A stretch of 64,000 bases of DNA from Octopus sinensis (lineage: Eukaryota), in the NCBI RefSeq assembly GCF_006345805.1, contig NC_043017.1, forward strand, positions 8,184,001-8,248,000. The letters run 5' to 3'. The translations under genes were made by a program, and so were the position numbers. Under the pieces are notes generated by a model. That model had not been told where the DNA came from. It did no database searches and saw nothing but the letters and a program-made list of their open reading frames with translations. Of this stretch, positions 35,951-48,829 are shown piece after piece; the stretch's first letter is position 1, and each line of letters opens with the position of its first letter.

Positions 35951-38900
35951 ATTCACTTTAAAAGAAGTAAAATTGATCCAAACGTAACCATTATGGCATC
36001 ATGTAAACTGCAAAGAAGGTAAACATTAATGCTTATTTTACCATAAGTGTTCAAACAGTGTCCTTAAAGTGATCGTTTCAAATATGCAACAGTACTTTTT
36101 TTTCCCACCTAATATATATATATATACATGTGTATACATATGCATATATTTGTGTGTATACATGGCTATAGTTAGTTGTCTGTCTATCTTAATGACTTTG
36201 GAATAACTGGGACTGTTAGCTTTATTTTTAGATATGTCTTAAAATTTTTATTGCTTTATTGTAAAATCGGTAAGTGACTTGTACTATAGCCCTGGGCCAA
36301 CCAAACCTGTGTGAATGGATTTGGTAGCCAGAAACTGAAAGAAGCTTGTTATGGCTGTGTGGTGAGAAGCTTGCTTCCCAAACACATGGTTCTGGGTTCA
36401 GTGTCACCTTGGACAAGTATTTCCTACTATAGCCATGGGTCGACTAAAGCCTTGTGAGGGGATTTTGTAGACGGAAACTGAAAGAAGCCTATTTGTGTGT
36501 GTGTGTGTGTATATAAAGTATATATCTATATGTGTCTGTCATCACCACTTGACAACCTGTGTTGGTGTGTGTGCATCCCCGTAACTTAGTGGTTCAGCAA
36601 AACAGGCCAATAGAATAAGTACTAGGCTTAAAAAATATGTATGTACGTTTGTGTTCATATAAACCCACGTGCGTATGACTGAGTCTCTTTCCAACTGACT
36701 GGTCATATGTCAGATTTATATTTTTCAACTCTCATCATCATCATTTAATGTCTGCTTTCTATGCTGGCATGGGTTAGATGGTTTGACTGAAGGCTGCCCC
36801 AGGCTCCAATCTGATCTGGCAAAGTTTCTACTGCTGGATGCCTTCCTAATGCCAACCACTCCGAGAGTGTAGTGGGTGCTTTTATGTGCCACCGGCACGA
36901 GGGCTAGTCAGGCGGTACTGGCACTGACCATGCTTAAATGGTGCTTTTTATATGCCACCTGCACAAGAGCCAGTTCAATGGCACTGGCAACGACTACGCT
37001 TGAATGGTGTTTTTTACATGCCACCAGCACAAAAATTTAATCCATAATGTGGGGAAACATAATATGTACCCTATTTTTTGTGGTCGTAGGTCTTCCATAC
37101 AGTTTATCATGTTCACTTACATTTATTCCATATAATTAACACAAGAGGTGGTTGTAGCAGAAACAGCCAAAATTCCTCAAATCATAACTAACTGTTTATC
37201 TTCTTTCTTTTACTTGTTCCAGTCATTAGACTGCTGCCATGCTGGGGCACTCCTTGAAGGCTTTAGTTGAACAATTCAACCCCAATCCTTCCCCTTTTTT
37301 ACTTAGTGTGGTTCTTATTCTATTGATCGCCTTTTGGCAAACTACTAAGTTATGGCCATGTAAACACAAGGTGGGCTTCTTTCAGTTTCTGTCTACCAAA
37401 TCCACTCTCAAGTCTTGGGGTTATAGTAGAAGACGCTTGGCCAAAGTCCCTTGCAGTGGGATTGAACCCAGAGCCATGTGGTTGGGAAGCAAACGTCTTG
37501 CCAAATAACAAAAGTTACATAAAACAGGCATGGTTGGAATAAGGTTGACCTTCAGTTAACGAAGATTTTGTTTCAGCCATGGTACGTAAAAAGCACTATC
37601 CGAACGTGGCTAATGCCAGCACCACCTTGATTGGCGTTCGTGCCAGTGGCACGTAAAGAGCACCCACTACACTCACGGATTGGTTGGCGTTAGGAAGGTT
37701 GAACCGTCCAACCCATGCTAGCATGGAAAACAAACGTTAAATGAGGATGATGTATGTATATATATATATATACACACACCCACATATGTATATATATATA
37801 CACCCATATATATCATCATCGTTTAACGTACGTTTTCCATGCTAGCATGGGTTGGACGGTTCGACCGGGGTCTGGGAAGCCAGGAGGCTGCGACAGGCTC
37901 CAGTCTGATCTGGCAGTGTTTCTACAGCTGGATGCCCTTCCTAATGCCAACCATTCCATGTGTGTAGTGGGTGCTATTTATGTGTCAGACAGCACTGGCA
38001 TCAACCACGTTCGGATGGTGCTTTTTATGTGCCACTGGCACAAGTATCATAACTACAATTTCCATTTGATTTTTTTATTTTGATATTGATGTTGATGTAC
38101 TTGACTCAATCGGTCTCCTCAAGCACAGTGGGTCACTCTATGATCCAAGGTTAGCACAGCAGATCGTCCTGCAAGCCATGAACTCACTTCATTTGTCGGG
38201 TCTTAGCATATCTCAGAGGTCTCGATCTTTCATTTCCTCTGTGAGGCCCATATATATATATATGCATGTGCACACACACATATATATATATTGGGTTACA
38301 TTCGTAAATTAAATTCATAAATGAAAGATGTGACACAAATACTTTAACAAAGTTTGAACCATAAATTTCCAGTTTATTGAATATATAATACACATAACCA
38401 ACTGATAGAGTTTAAATAACAATCTCAGTTACTAGCAGTGCAAGAATTGTTAGAGATGTGTGAAACTGCTTTATGGTATTTAGTGATGTTTTCTTAATGA
38501 AGTGACTTTGAATTCTGCTTAGGTCAACCTTGCTTTTCAGTGGGTTGATAAAATAAAATACTTTTTATAGCTGTTGTTTAACCCCGAGTTAGCCCTTACA
38601 GAGCAGTCCTATAGTGCACTATATAACCATATATGTTCAAGCTATGATCATCCTATTTCATATTTTTTAATGTTTTTTCTTTTTTATTTTCAAATAAAAT
38701 TTACTCATACTTTTCCACAATAAAACAGTATGGTGTGTGTTAGGAAATATTTAGTTGCTATTTCCAGCAGGTCAATCTAGAAAGATATATATATATATAT
38801 TATAATATCCATAGCTGTGTGCTAAGAAGGTTACATCCCAGCCACATAGTTCTGGGTTCAGTCCCACTGTGTGGCACCTTGGGCAAATGTCTTCTACTAT

Positions 38901-40742
38901 AACTTCAGATCAACTAAAGTCTTGTGAGAAGATTTGGTAGACAGAAACTGAAAGAGGTCTGTCATGAGCGTGTCTATATATATAAATGCATATACATACA
39001 CACACACACACACACACATATATATATGTGTATAAACAAAAGAAGAAGAAAATGGAGATTTTGAAGTTAATAAGAGTTTATTATCAGCAACAAATCGATA
39101 ATTATCCTTTACAGCTGTTTCTATTATGTGTGTGTATATATATATTATATCCATTGGCTTATATTATTGCTACAAATCCTGATCAAGCAGACCTATGATC
39201 ATAGATATTCCACTCATATTGAGAATGGAATTTTTATTTTCTAGACATAAAGAAGAGGCTCTCTTATTAGCATAATTTACCAGTTAAGTACCATTGAGTA
39301 TTTGGAATCAGAGGATAGGCAAGTGTACCCAGCATCTGATCCCAAATTTACAGCTTCTGTTTCTGCTAGAAACCATTAATTTCACAACACACAATTGTAA
39401 TCGTTACTATACATACTAAAAAAATCTATCCCTCTGGACTGCTCCATGTAAATATCAAAATATACTGTTTTATTCCATAAAGATACAATATTATCACTGT
39501 ATAAAACTTCACTCACCTGATATGATTATCATACCAAAAATGATATCATTGAAAACAAAATATACCTCAGAAAAATAATAAAAAAACCCTCAAAACAACC
39601 TTTATCAATTTGTTTACACACACACACAGACACATTATATTTTATATATAAATATGTATTATATATTATACATATGTGTGAAGGTGCATTGCTCAGTGGT
39701 TAGAGCATCAGGCTTACAACCATGAGGTTGTGAGTTCAATTCCCAGACCAGGCTGTGCATTGTGCTCTTCAGCAAGACACCTTATTTCATGTTACTCTAG
39801 TTCGCTCGGCTGTAGAAATGAGTTGCGACATCACTGGTGCCACGCTGTGTCGGTCTTTCCTTTAGACAACATCAGTGGAGAGGGAAGACTAGTATACACG
39901 GACAACTGCTGGTCTTCCACAAACAATCTTGCCCGGACTAAAAGAGAGGGGGACTTCTTTCTAGGTGTAATTCCATTATCATTCATGACCAAAGGGGGCC
40001 TATATATAGATATATTGTATATGTGTGTGTGGTGGTAACTCTCTTGCTGGACAATGATATCCAACTGTCTGATCAACCTGCATTACAAGTGTAAGCACCT
40101 GAGTATCCCACATACACACTCAATGTAATTCTTGGGCAGAATCAGTATGTCACACTGTGCGACAAGGCTGTACCAGATAAATTACTGGTACAATCCATGC
40201 AGCAGGTGTCTATATGTATTCTGCGAAAACCCAGTTAAACTCACAAGACAAAGGTCGATGCAAGGCTGTAGGGAATGACATTTGCCCAAGATTCTACAGG
40301 GTGGGACTGAACCTGGGACTTTATGCAAAGGGAACTGCTTAACCATTTGGTTAAGTATATTCATGATGACAATGGTGAATATATGTGTGTGTATCTGTCT
40401 ATGTATAGACAGACATTATATAATATATATACATACATGTGTATACATATATATATATGCATACATACATACACACACACGCATATACATATACACACGT
40501 GCACATATTCATGATGTTAAGGATGATTATGATAATACAATTTTTTTTTTTAATTATCTAAATTAAATCTCCAGTTTCCATAATGCAGCAAGCTTGGCAA
40601 GTTAATTTGGTTTGAAAATATAATTAATATAATTATATAAAATTTCCCCATTTAGCTTTTTTGTTTTTGATTTAAAAAAAAAATTTTTTTTTTACTTTGT
40701 TTCTCTTTTTGTTTATTAAAATAATTATCTTTCACCAGTCTC

Positions 40743-40937
40743 TTAGTTCTGTGATGATGCTATAGACAGGAGGAAATTATAGAGTAATCTATGAAAAGCA
40801 TCAGTGTGAGTTAGATATGCAGGATGCCCTGCTCCTTCCAGAATGAAAACTTCACTATTCGGTAACTGCTTCAAATTCTTGGTAGACACAGGTCCCAAAG
40901 ACACATCAAGGGAACCACACACGATCATTGTTGGGAT
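40743..40937 (-). CDS. ABHD14A: ABHD14A/B-like hydrolase, terminal coding exon (catalytic Asp and His)
   Basis: IPTMIVCGSLDVSLG...LPNSEVFILEGAGHPAYL...FHRLLYNFLLSIASSQN*; acceptor ttcctaatttcag; stop TAA. The joined exons give 280 aa from ATG 46887. Confidence 0.95.
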   Translation of the reverse strand: MPTMIVCGSLDVSLGPVSTKNLKQLPNSEVFILEGAGHPAYLTHTDAFHRLLYNFLLSIASSQN

Positions 40938-41581
40938 CTGAAATTAGGAAAGGAAAAATTACTTTAGTTATTTATATATTTTTGAAACTCTAGGGAATGC
41001 TGAACAGCAGAAGGCCCTTGGAGAAGAAACCCCCTGCAACCATCAAGCAAGTGTCTTGACCCTTAATTCCTAAAGGAAACTACAAATAAGGATTATTGGA
41101 ATCTGAAATTAGGAAAAGTAGCTTAGTCATTTATTATATATTTTTGGAAATTACTAAATTATAACTTTGCATTACCCCCTCCCCCAAAACTGCTGGCCTT
41201 GAGCCAAAATTTGAAACCAATATTTTAAAATGGGCAGCAAGCTGGCAGAATTGTTAGCACGTTGGGCAAAATGCTAAGCAGTGTTTTGTATGTACGACTG
41301 CAAATACAAGCAACCAGAATGGGGTTTCCCCAAAGGATCTCTGGAATAACATTCAACAGGGTGGATAGCTCAGAGATCAAGGTATCTGTCCGGGTCAAGT
41401 TGCTACTTCTTCACATTGAAAAGTTACAGTTCCAGGGTTACAGACGAGATTAAAATTACTATTTTTAGAAAATTACTATTTTTAAATCTCACAACATGAC
41501 CACTGGTTTCTCAGCACCATCAGGATTTGACTTGGGGTTAACTAAACAAGAATAATATCAGGGAAATTTATATTTTTTTAC

Positions 41582-41817
41582 CTTTAACTTTGAATACTCC
41601 ATTTTGGTATACTTTTCTGTGAACACTGGAGCAATTGGAACATAGCCAATTGAACTTTTCAACCGTTTGCCAGCGGAATCCATCAAAAATGGTAAGGAGT
41701 ACATGCCACTCATGGAAGGGCTGATGATAACAGGGTTGTTCATATCCAGCAAATCAATTACTTTGTCAAGGAAATCACCGCCATCAGTGACTGAAATCTT
41801 TGTACTTTTGCCTTTAC
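41582..41817 (-). CDS. ABHD14A: ABHD14A/B-like hydrolase, exon with the nucleophile motif
   Basis: (G)KGKSTK...PVIISPSMSGMYSLPFLM...GYVPIAPVFTEKYTKMEYSKLK; SPSMSG matches the ABHD14-type SxSxS elbow (human SPSLSG). Acceptor ttgcag, donor AAG|GTAAAA; 236 nt, phase 1 to 0. Confidence 0.95.
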
Positions 41818-43278
41818 CTGCAACGAGAATTTATAATCAACTGGGGTTAGTTTAAATATTCTATTGCACAAGTGGGGAGAGGTTGATTAATTAGTGTAGT
41901 AAATATAGAAGTGAAGACACTTATAAAGAAAATAGGGTGTAGTTATTATAGGGGCAAGAAAATTAGTGTAGAATATTTCTTTTCTTTACTACATTGCCTC
42001 ATGGAGGCAATGACAAATGACCGAGACTTTTGGCAATATGCAATGCTTGAGAAAAAGACCCATCAAGCCAAATGAAACTGTAGTTGTGGCAGATACTGGT
42101 GTCATACAAACTGACACCCGTGCCAGTGGCACATAGAAGCACCCATTATACTCTCAAAGTGGTAGGCATTGGAAAGGGCATCCAGCCATAGAAACCAGAC
42201 CAAATCAAACTGGAGTCTGGTGCAACCCTTCAACTTATCAGCCCTGGTCAAACTGTCCAACTCATGCCAGCATGGACAACAGATGTTAAATGATGATGAT
42301 GATTACTGTCTCAATTTCTCTGGTTTCAATAGCATATAAATGACTGAGAACACAACATTTCCCCTAAATGGGAAACCAGTTTAATTGCAAGGTTACACAT
42401 TTACAGATGAGTGGACTGAGGCAAAGCACAACACTGCTTGGATGAAATACACAACATTTCCAGAACTCAGTTCCACTGAGGTGGGTGAGTCTTCTCAAGA
42501 ACCTCATATTGGTCCACTGTTATCTCCTCCATGAGGCCCAATATCTTGAGATCAGCCCTTACCACTGCATCTCATACATTTCTGGGTCTCCTTCGTCCTC
42601 ATGTGCTATCCATTCTAAACGATCAGTATGTCTTTGCACAGCTGTCTTCATTCATATGCATCATATATCCAAACCATTATAACATGTGTGTGTGTGTGTT
42701 TATATCTGCATGTGTATGCATGAGTGTGTGTGTGTCTGCATGTGGGTGTGCATGTATGTATATGCATGAGTGTGTGTGTCTGCATTTGTGTGTTTGTCCC
42801 CACCACCAGCTGACAACAAATGATGGTTCATTTACATCCTTATAACTTAGCAATTTAGCAAAAGTATCTGACAGAATAATTGAGACTTTCAAAAAAACAA
42901 GCCCTGGGTTGGATTTGTTCAACTAAACCCTTGAAGGTGGTGACCCCGTATGTCCACAGTCCAACGAGTCAAACAAGTAAAAGATAAAACAAAGAGAGAG
43001 ACTGAAACATCAAATAAATAAAAACAAGTACATATCATTGCTATTTTGTTAAACTGTTGTATGTCCAAATTTGGTGAAATGTGCTTTTTCTCAATATTTA
43101 TTTTCACTTGCAATAGCTGGTTCTTTTGGTCAAACTATCGTATCTCCAGCTGCTTCAGACGTCAAGATATCAAAAATTGTCAAAGTGTAATACAACGGTT
43201 TTGCTATGGAATGGTGAAACTATTTTTTCGTTTTCTGAAAAAGCAACTTTTTAGACTTACAACACTTTTGCATAATAG

Positions 43279-43343
<65 letters not shown>

Positions 43344-43666
43344 GATGAAAAAAATGTATTGTAAATAAATATACTTGGCCCTAAGGCTATATTTTGCTTA
43401 ACACTTCATCCTTGTCCACCATCCTAAATCACAAATTTGACCAAATGGTTTTTTTTTCAATATTTATCTTTGCTGGCAATAGCTGATTCTTTTGGTCAAA
43501 CTATCGTATCTCCAGCTGCTTCAGATGTCAAGATATCAAAAATTGTCAAAGTGTCCTACAACAGTTTTGTTATGGAATGGTGAAACTATTTTTTCATTTT
43601 CTGATAAAGCAATGCTTTGGACTTACGACACTTTTGCATAATAGTAAGAAAATAAAGCAGTGTTAC

Positions 43667-43829
43667 CTGGAAGATCGATTGCAACTGCCTGGTAGCCAGC
43701 TGCAGCAAGGAACTGAAGTGTGCCAATGTCCTGCCAGTTCTGTGAACTGAATGCAGCACCATGCAACAAGAGAACCTCCATTGTTGGCAACTTCTTTGGA
43801 ACTGCCTCCCTTGTGGATATGACAATGTT
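43667..43829 (-). CDS. ABHD14A: ABHD14A/B-like hydrolase, internal coding exon
   Basis: [55 protein letters not shown] (ABHD14 motifs LLHG.AF, A.A.DLPG). Acceptor ttccacag; donor CAG|GTAACA; 163 nt, phase 0 to 1. Confidence 0.95.
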
Positions 43830-45695
43830 CTGTGGAAACGGCAGAAAGGTAAATGTGATTAGCAATTAAAGGTACAGGATTAGCAAGTAAAGGTACTCTG
43901 TCAAGAGGTAGAGTATAAGGGGTGGTGGCAATAGGATGTAAGTGTCTATGTGCATGTATGTACATGTGTGTGTGTGTGGTAGCAGTGTGTTAGTGTCTAT
44001 GTCTTATGTGTGTGAGTGTGGTGGTGATGGCAATGTTGGCGTGGTGTTGCTGTTGGTGGGGGTGATAGTTCAATGTCTGTGTAGAGCAGTGATTCTCAAG
44101 CTTTCCCAAAAATTTTACTTGCTGGTCTCCTTACAGTTTTCTCAATGATTCTCGGTCCCCTATAAAATGCTGGATAACCAGCATGGAAAAAAATGACATA
44201 CATTCATACACCGTAATTTCCAGACTATGAAACGCACTGCCCATAGACCGGCAACCCCCAAAAAACTACAACTTAATCCAGGCAATGCCCCATTTGGATA
44301 CAACAAAAGTACATGAAAATATGGGGAAACAGTTGATCAATTGGTTACAAAACAAATAAGAAACGAAAAATACCGACAGCACATGCACGGTCAACCATTA
44401 TATCCACATTTTTTCTATTGGCCAGTCACACTTGTTGTACAACAAGCACGATTAGCAATGAGTGTGTAGGAGTGGTGTGGGTTTTTGAGGCCAACGACAA
44501 AAAGGGATGATAGCATGCGAAAAATTGAAAGTCTTATAATCTTTAAATTTAACTGTCTCAAGCAACCCCGATTTCGCAATACTTCAGTGTCCCTTTGCGG
44601 TCCCCTTAAAATCGCTTCACAATCCCAGAGGGGACCTCAGACCCACTGGTGTTGAGACTCAGTGTCTATGCCTGATGTGTGGTGAGTCATTGAATATACC
44701 TGAATAGTTGGTGACCTCACCAATGCCGGTGCCACAAAAAAAAGCACCCTTTCTACATTCTGTAAAGTGGTTGGCATTAGGAAGGGCATCTTGCCATAGA
44801 AAGCATACCAAAGAAGATATTCTAACTCAGTGAAGACATTTGGCTTGTCAGTTCATGCTGAACCATCAAACACACACCAGAAAGGAAAAGGGGACATTAA
44901 GTGATGATGATAAGGATGAGGATGATGTGTTATATTATCAGGCAATTTTAACAGAACTGAACATAAACAACTAGGTGCAATGTGATACCATAAAGGAAAT
45001 ATTCATTCATCACTAAGTTTGACTAAGGGTGCCAACACACCTACATTGCTAGAAATAAGAGCTGAAATACTCTTAATGCTGTAGGAAGAACAGACATGCT
45101 GACAGGGGAGGCAACTGCTCCATGCCGACATGAAAATCCTCACATCAGACGTCTAGTTTCATCAATTCTCTAGAGATCATCAGTGAGGACTGCTCGACCA
45201 GCGCATGCTTTGGCTAATACATATGCAATGGGCTTCTATCAGTTACCAAATCAACCCACAAGGCTTTGGTTGACCTGGGGTTATACTAGAAGATACTTGC
45301 ACAATGTAACACATAGTGCAGTGGGATTGAACTTGAAACTATGTGGTTGGTTACCCACACAGCCGTACTGTCACCTGATATTAACAATATTGATTCTAAG
45401 GGCTTCTATCAGTCAGGGCTGACCATGTATCTGCACCTATATATGTAGGCCCTAGGTAAGGTTAATGATTATGTGTGTGTGTGTGTATGTGTGTGTATGC
45501 ATGTGTGTGTCTGACAAACACACACACACACACTCTCTCTCACTTTCTCCCCATTCATCACCCTCTTGTACTATCTTATATCCCTCCCCATCACTACACA
45601 CTCAATAACACTATAAAATGGTCAAAGTTTTTCCACAGGAACTTAGTTCAATTTGAAAACTCCACCAGAATGGACGAAAGCACTAATATATGATA

Positions 45696-46078
45696 TCTCT
45701 CTCTATATAAATGGCAGTTTGTCTGTGCGTGTTTCTGTGTGTCTGTTTGCTTGTACCCTCACTCTGATCACGGCTTTCATCCGATTCTGATGAAACTTGA
45801 CACACACATAGCCCAATGTCATAATTCAAAACTAACGCAGCGAAAATTTTGAAAAGTTCCCCCAGTTCTGAAAAAAATCGATAAATTCGACATGGGGTCG
45901 AGAATCAGAAACACAAACCGCAAACTGTCTAGGGGACGCAACTCCACCTTTTTTAACTAAAAAAAAATTTACCATCATTTTTTTTCCATTTTTTTGTTAT
46001 TTTTTGGCTATAACTCTCTAAAAATGCTTTATAGTTATTTCCCTTACAAACCTGAGCAACGCCGGGCGATACTGCTAG
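45696..46078 (+). mobile_element. Non-autonomous Helitron
   Basis: A|TC 5' end, subterminal hairpin cctgagcaacgccggg, 3' CTAG|T, no TSD. Confidence 0.8.
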
Positions 46079-46224
46079 TATGATATAAGATATATGATGT
46101 ATAAAACCATGTAATATACAAATAAATATCTGTAAATATAAAACCGTCCGAATTTCTGAGTACCTCATTTCTTCTAATATAAAATACCTGTACATCATCT
46201 CCAAACCTTCTAATATATATATAT

Positions 46225-46440
46225 ATAGGGGGAAGCTTTATGAAAATAAACAAAAGACGAAGGCAGGTGGAATACAAACAAACAATTGTATCAGTATGGC
46301 GGTCAGGAATATAAATAAAACAAGTCTTTTACGTTTCGAGCCTACGCTCTTCAACAGAAAGATACACAGAAAAGAAACACGGAGAGAAACAAGGAGAGAA
46401 AAAAAATGCGTGCAGAAGCTAGTGAATCAACATGGCGAAT
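46225..46440 (-). mobile_element. Short Penelope-type terminal-repeat element with hammerhead motif and (TA)n tail
   Basis: Same layout as 47160-47370: pyrimidine tract, CTGNNGAA-stem-GAAACGT, ttcctgaNcg, then (TA)n. Confidence 0.6.
46325..46362 (-). ncRNA. Minimal type I hammerhead ribozyme-like motif (core variant)
   Basis: TCTTT-CTGTTGA-A-GAGC(GTAG)GCTC-GAAAC-GT-A-AAAGA: 5-bp helix I, 4-bp helix II, A6 replaced by U, GUA triplet. Confidence 0.55.
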
Positions 46441-46638
46441 ATACACACACACACGCACAGACACACAAGAAGCTTCTTTCAGTTTCTATCTACCAAATCC
46501 ACTCACAAAGCTTTGGTCAGCCCAAGGCTATAGTAGAAGACACTTGCCCAAGGCGGCATGTACATTTTAAGAAAGGAATGAAAGTCACCAAATCTCATTT
46601 CCGTATCTCCAAATCAATGCAGTTCAATGATCGCTTAC

Positions 46639-46887
46639 CTCAGACTGGTATACCATTTCAATCACTTCAGAATTTACATTTATGGATTTCGCTGCCTCAA
46701 CAACTTCTGACGGGACATTAACGAAGGCCTGGTTGTGCCATGTAACTCTTTTGTGAAGCTTGCTAGACGTGTGTTCTGAACTCATGTCTACTGGATTTAA
46801 ATTGATTAAGAAGTAGACAATAACAACACCAATAAACCCAAGAAATAAAAACACCAACTTGTTTATTCGGATAACATTTGCCACCAT
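46639..46887 (-). CDS. ABHD14A: ABHD14A/B-like hydrolase, coding exon with N-terminal membrane anchor (exon 46922..46639)
   Basis: MVANVIRINKLVFLFLGFIGVVIVYFLINL...VIEMVYQSE. Acceptor ttttcattttcag at 46924-46923, ATG 46887 in strong context (attATGG), phase-0 donor GAG|GTAAGC at 46639/46638 matches the next exon's phase. Confidence 0.8.
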
Positions 46888-46966
46888 AATATTCCGCTCT
46901 TTAACTAGAAATGAATTAGCATCTGAAAATGAAAACAAAAACAATTTTAATTTATTAAAATATCAT

Positions 46967-47008
<42 letters not shown>

Positions 47009-47159
47009 CATGCACATGTGTGTATCCTTGTGTCTGTGTTTGTCCAGCCACCACTACTTGACAATCGGTGTTGGTGTGTTTATGTCCCTGTAACTTAGCA
47101 ATTCAGCAAAAGGGACCGGTAGAGTAAGTACTAGGTGATTTGTTCGACTAAAGGCAGAG

Positions 47160-47354
47160 AAAACAGCTAGGATTGTGACCGCATGTGTACCGTTGGCGAT
47201 TTTTTTTCCTGTCTTCCCTTCTCTGGATCTTTCCTTCTCCTATGTTTCTGACGAAAAGCTTCGCTTGAAACGTTAAACCCTCCTTCTTTCCTGAGCGTCC
47301 AATAATACTATATTTGTTCCACGTCCTCGCGTTGTTGTGCTTTCTTGTTTGGAT

Positions 47355-47370
<16 letters not shown>
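47160..47370 (+). mobile_element. Short Penelope-type terminal-repeat element with hammerhead motif and (TA)n tail
   Basis: Diverged homolog of 46225-46440 in the opposite orientation. Confidence 0.6.
47244..47278 (+). ncRNA. Minimal type I hammerhead ribozyme-like motif
   Basis: GTTT-CTGACGA-A-AAGC(TTC)GCTT-GAAAC-GT-T-AAAC: intact core, 4-bp helix II, 4-bp helix I, palindromic ACGT helix III, GUU cleavage triplet. Confidence 0.65.
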
Positions 47371-47391
<21 letters not shown>

Positions 47392-47744
47392 TATTCTGAA
47401 TATGAGGGTAATAAATAATTTATTACCAGTGGTTAGCATGTGTAAATAAAAGTCATAACATGTTTTTTTCTTTTTTAAATATAAGAGTGTATAAAATATC
47501 TTTAAACACAGAGAGGAGACCTTTGACAGGACTCCTTACATGCTAGAAAGGGCAGTCAAAACCCAAACCACGAAAAAAAAGAATTCATGAGGTAAGCCGT
47601 TATAACACCAGAACAAACAAAAAAATGAATCTGTTAATCCTAAACTCGAGATTCGCTATTAATTGCCAAATATACTAATTTGGAATCTGTAGATCGTCAG
47701 CATGATCGCTAATTTATGAATAATTATGTGTATGTATGTATATG

Positions 47745-47805
<61 letters not shown>

Positions 47806-48829
47806 TATATCTGTGTGTGTGTGTGTGTGTGTGTATGGCCTAGTGGTTAGGGTGTTGGATGTTGCACTCAGAATTGTGAGATCATGGTTTCATTTCCTAA
47901 ACAAGGTGGTGTGTTGTGTTCTTGAGCAAAATATTTCACCTCACATTGCACTACAATCACTTTGACACCTGACATGTGGTATGCAGGGCACGTGTTCAGG
48001 TAATGTTGACTTGGTGGAGAAAGTGAGCTAATGTGCAGCATGAACATTTGATCATTATCAACAGATCATTTGTGCAGGTCAACTGATAAAAACTGAACTC
48101 TCATATGTTGTCTTCCATGGGAGAGTCCATCACACGCACACACACACAATGAGTTGAAAAAGAAGAGCAAATATGCGTTTGGCTAATTCATTGTTGAGCA
48201 CAAATACAGACATACACTCAGTTGAAAAGACAGACATATATTCTCTTTATCAGCTTGTTATATTTAAAATTACAATACAAATTGGTCAAATATAAAAGGT
48301 TGAAGTAGATTAAAAGTTGATCTACAGAGACATTGTTTTATCAAATTATCAAACCTGTCAGTGTGGGGTCACACACACACACATTCTTAACAGATTTATT
48401 CAAAAGACCACACCAACCCTAATTAATTAAATAAATGATAAAATGAAATAAACAAGCAAATAGTTGAAGTCACACTTGTAAACTAAAAAATAATCCTTCA
48501 AACTGTATTTGCAGGCATAGTTTTGTAGTTAAGAAGGTAACCTGACAACCTGACAACCATGTGGTTCTTGGTTCAATCCCACTGCGCTGCTGACCAATAA
48601 CTTGGAAATGGAATTAGATAATCTGATCGATAGAAGCTGAGCAGAACCTGATTGTGTGTGTGTGGGGGGGGATAGTAGTAACAGACATAAATAATAGTCA
48701 CAGGTGTAGTTGTGTGGTTAAGAAGTTTGCTTCACAACTACATGATTTCAGGTTCAGTCCCACTGATAAGTGTCATCTAATGTAACTGTGGACCTGCCAA
48801 AGCCTCATGCCAGAGAAAATCAATAGAGA

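Noticed and set aside
44087-44665. Possible hAT MITE with a nested Tc2/pogo-like terminus
   Set aside because: Right TIR and TSD too degenerate to set boundaries.
46888-46944. ORF-track start at 46944 for ABHD14
   Set aside because: The first codons are the intron polypyrimidine tract upstream of the acceptor at 46923.
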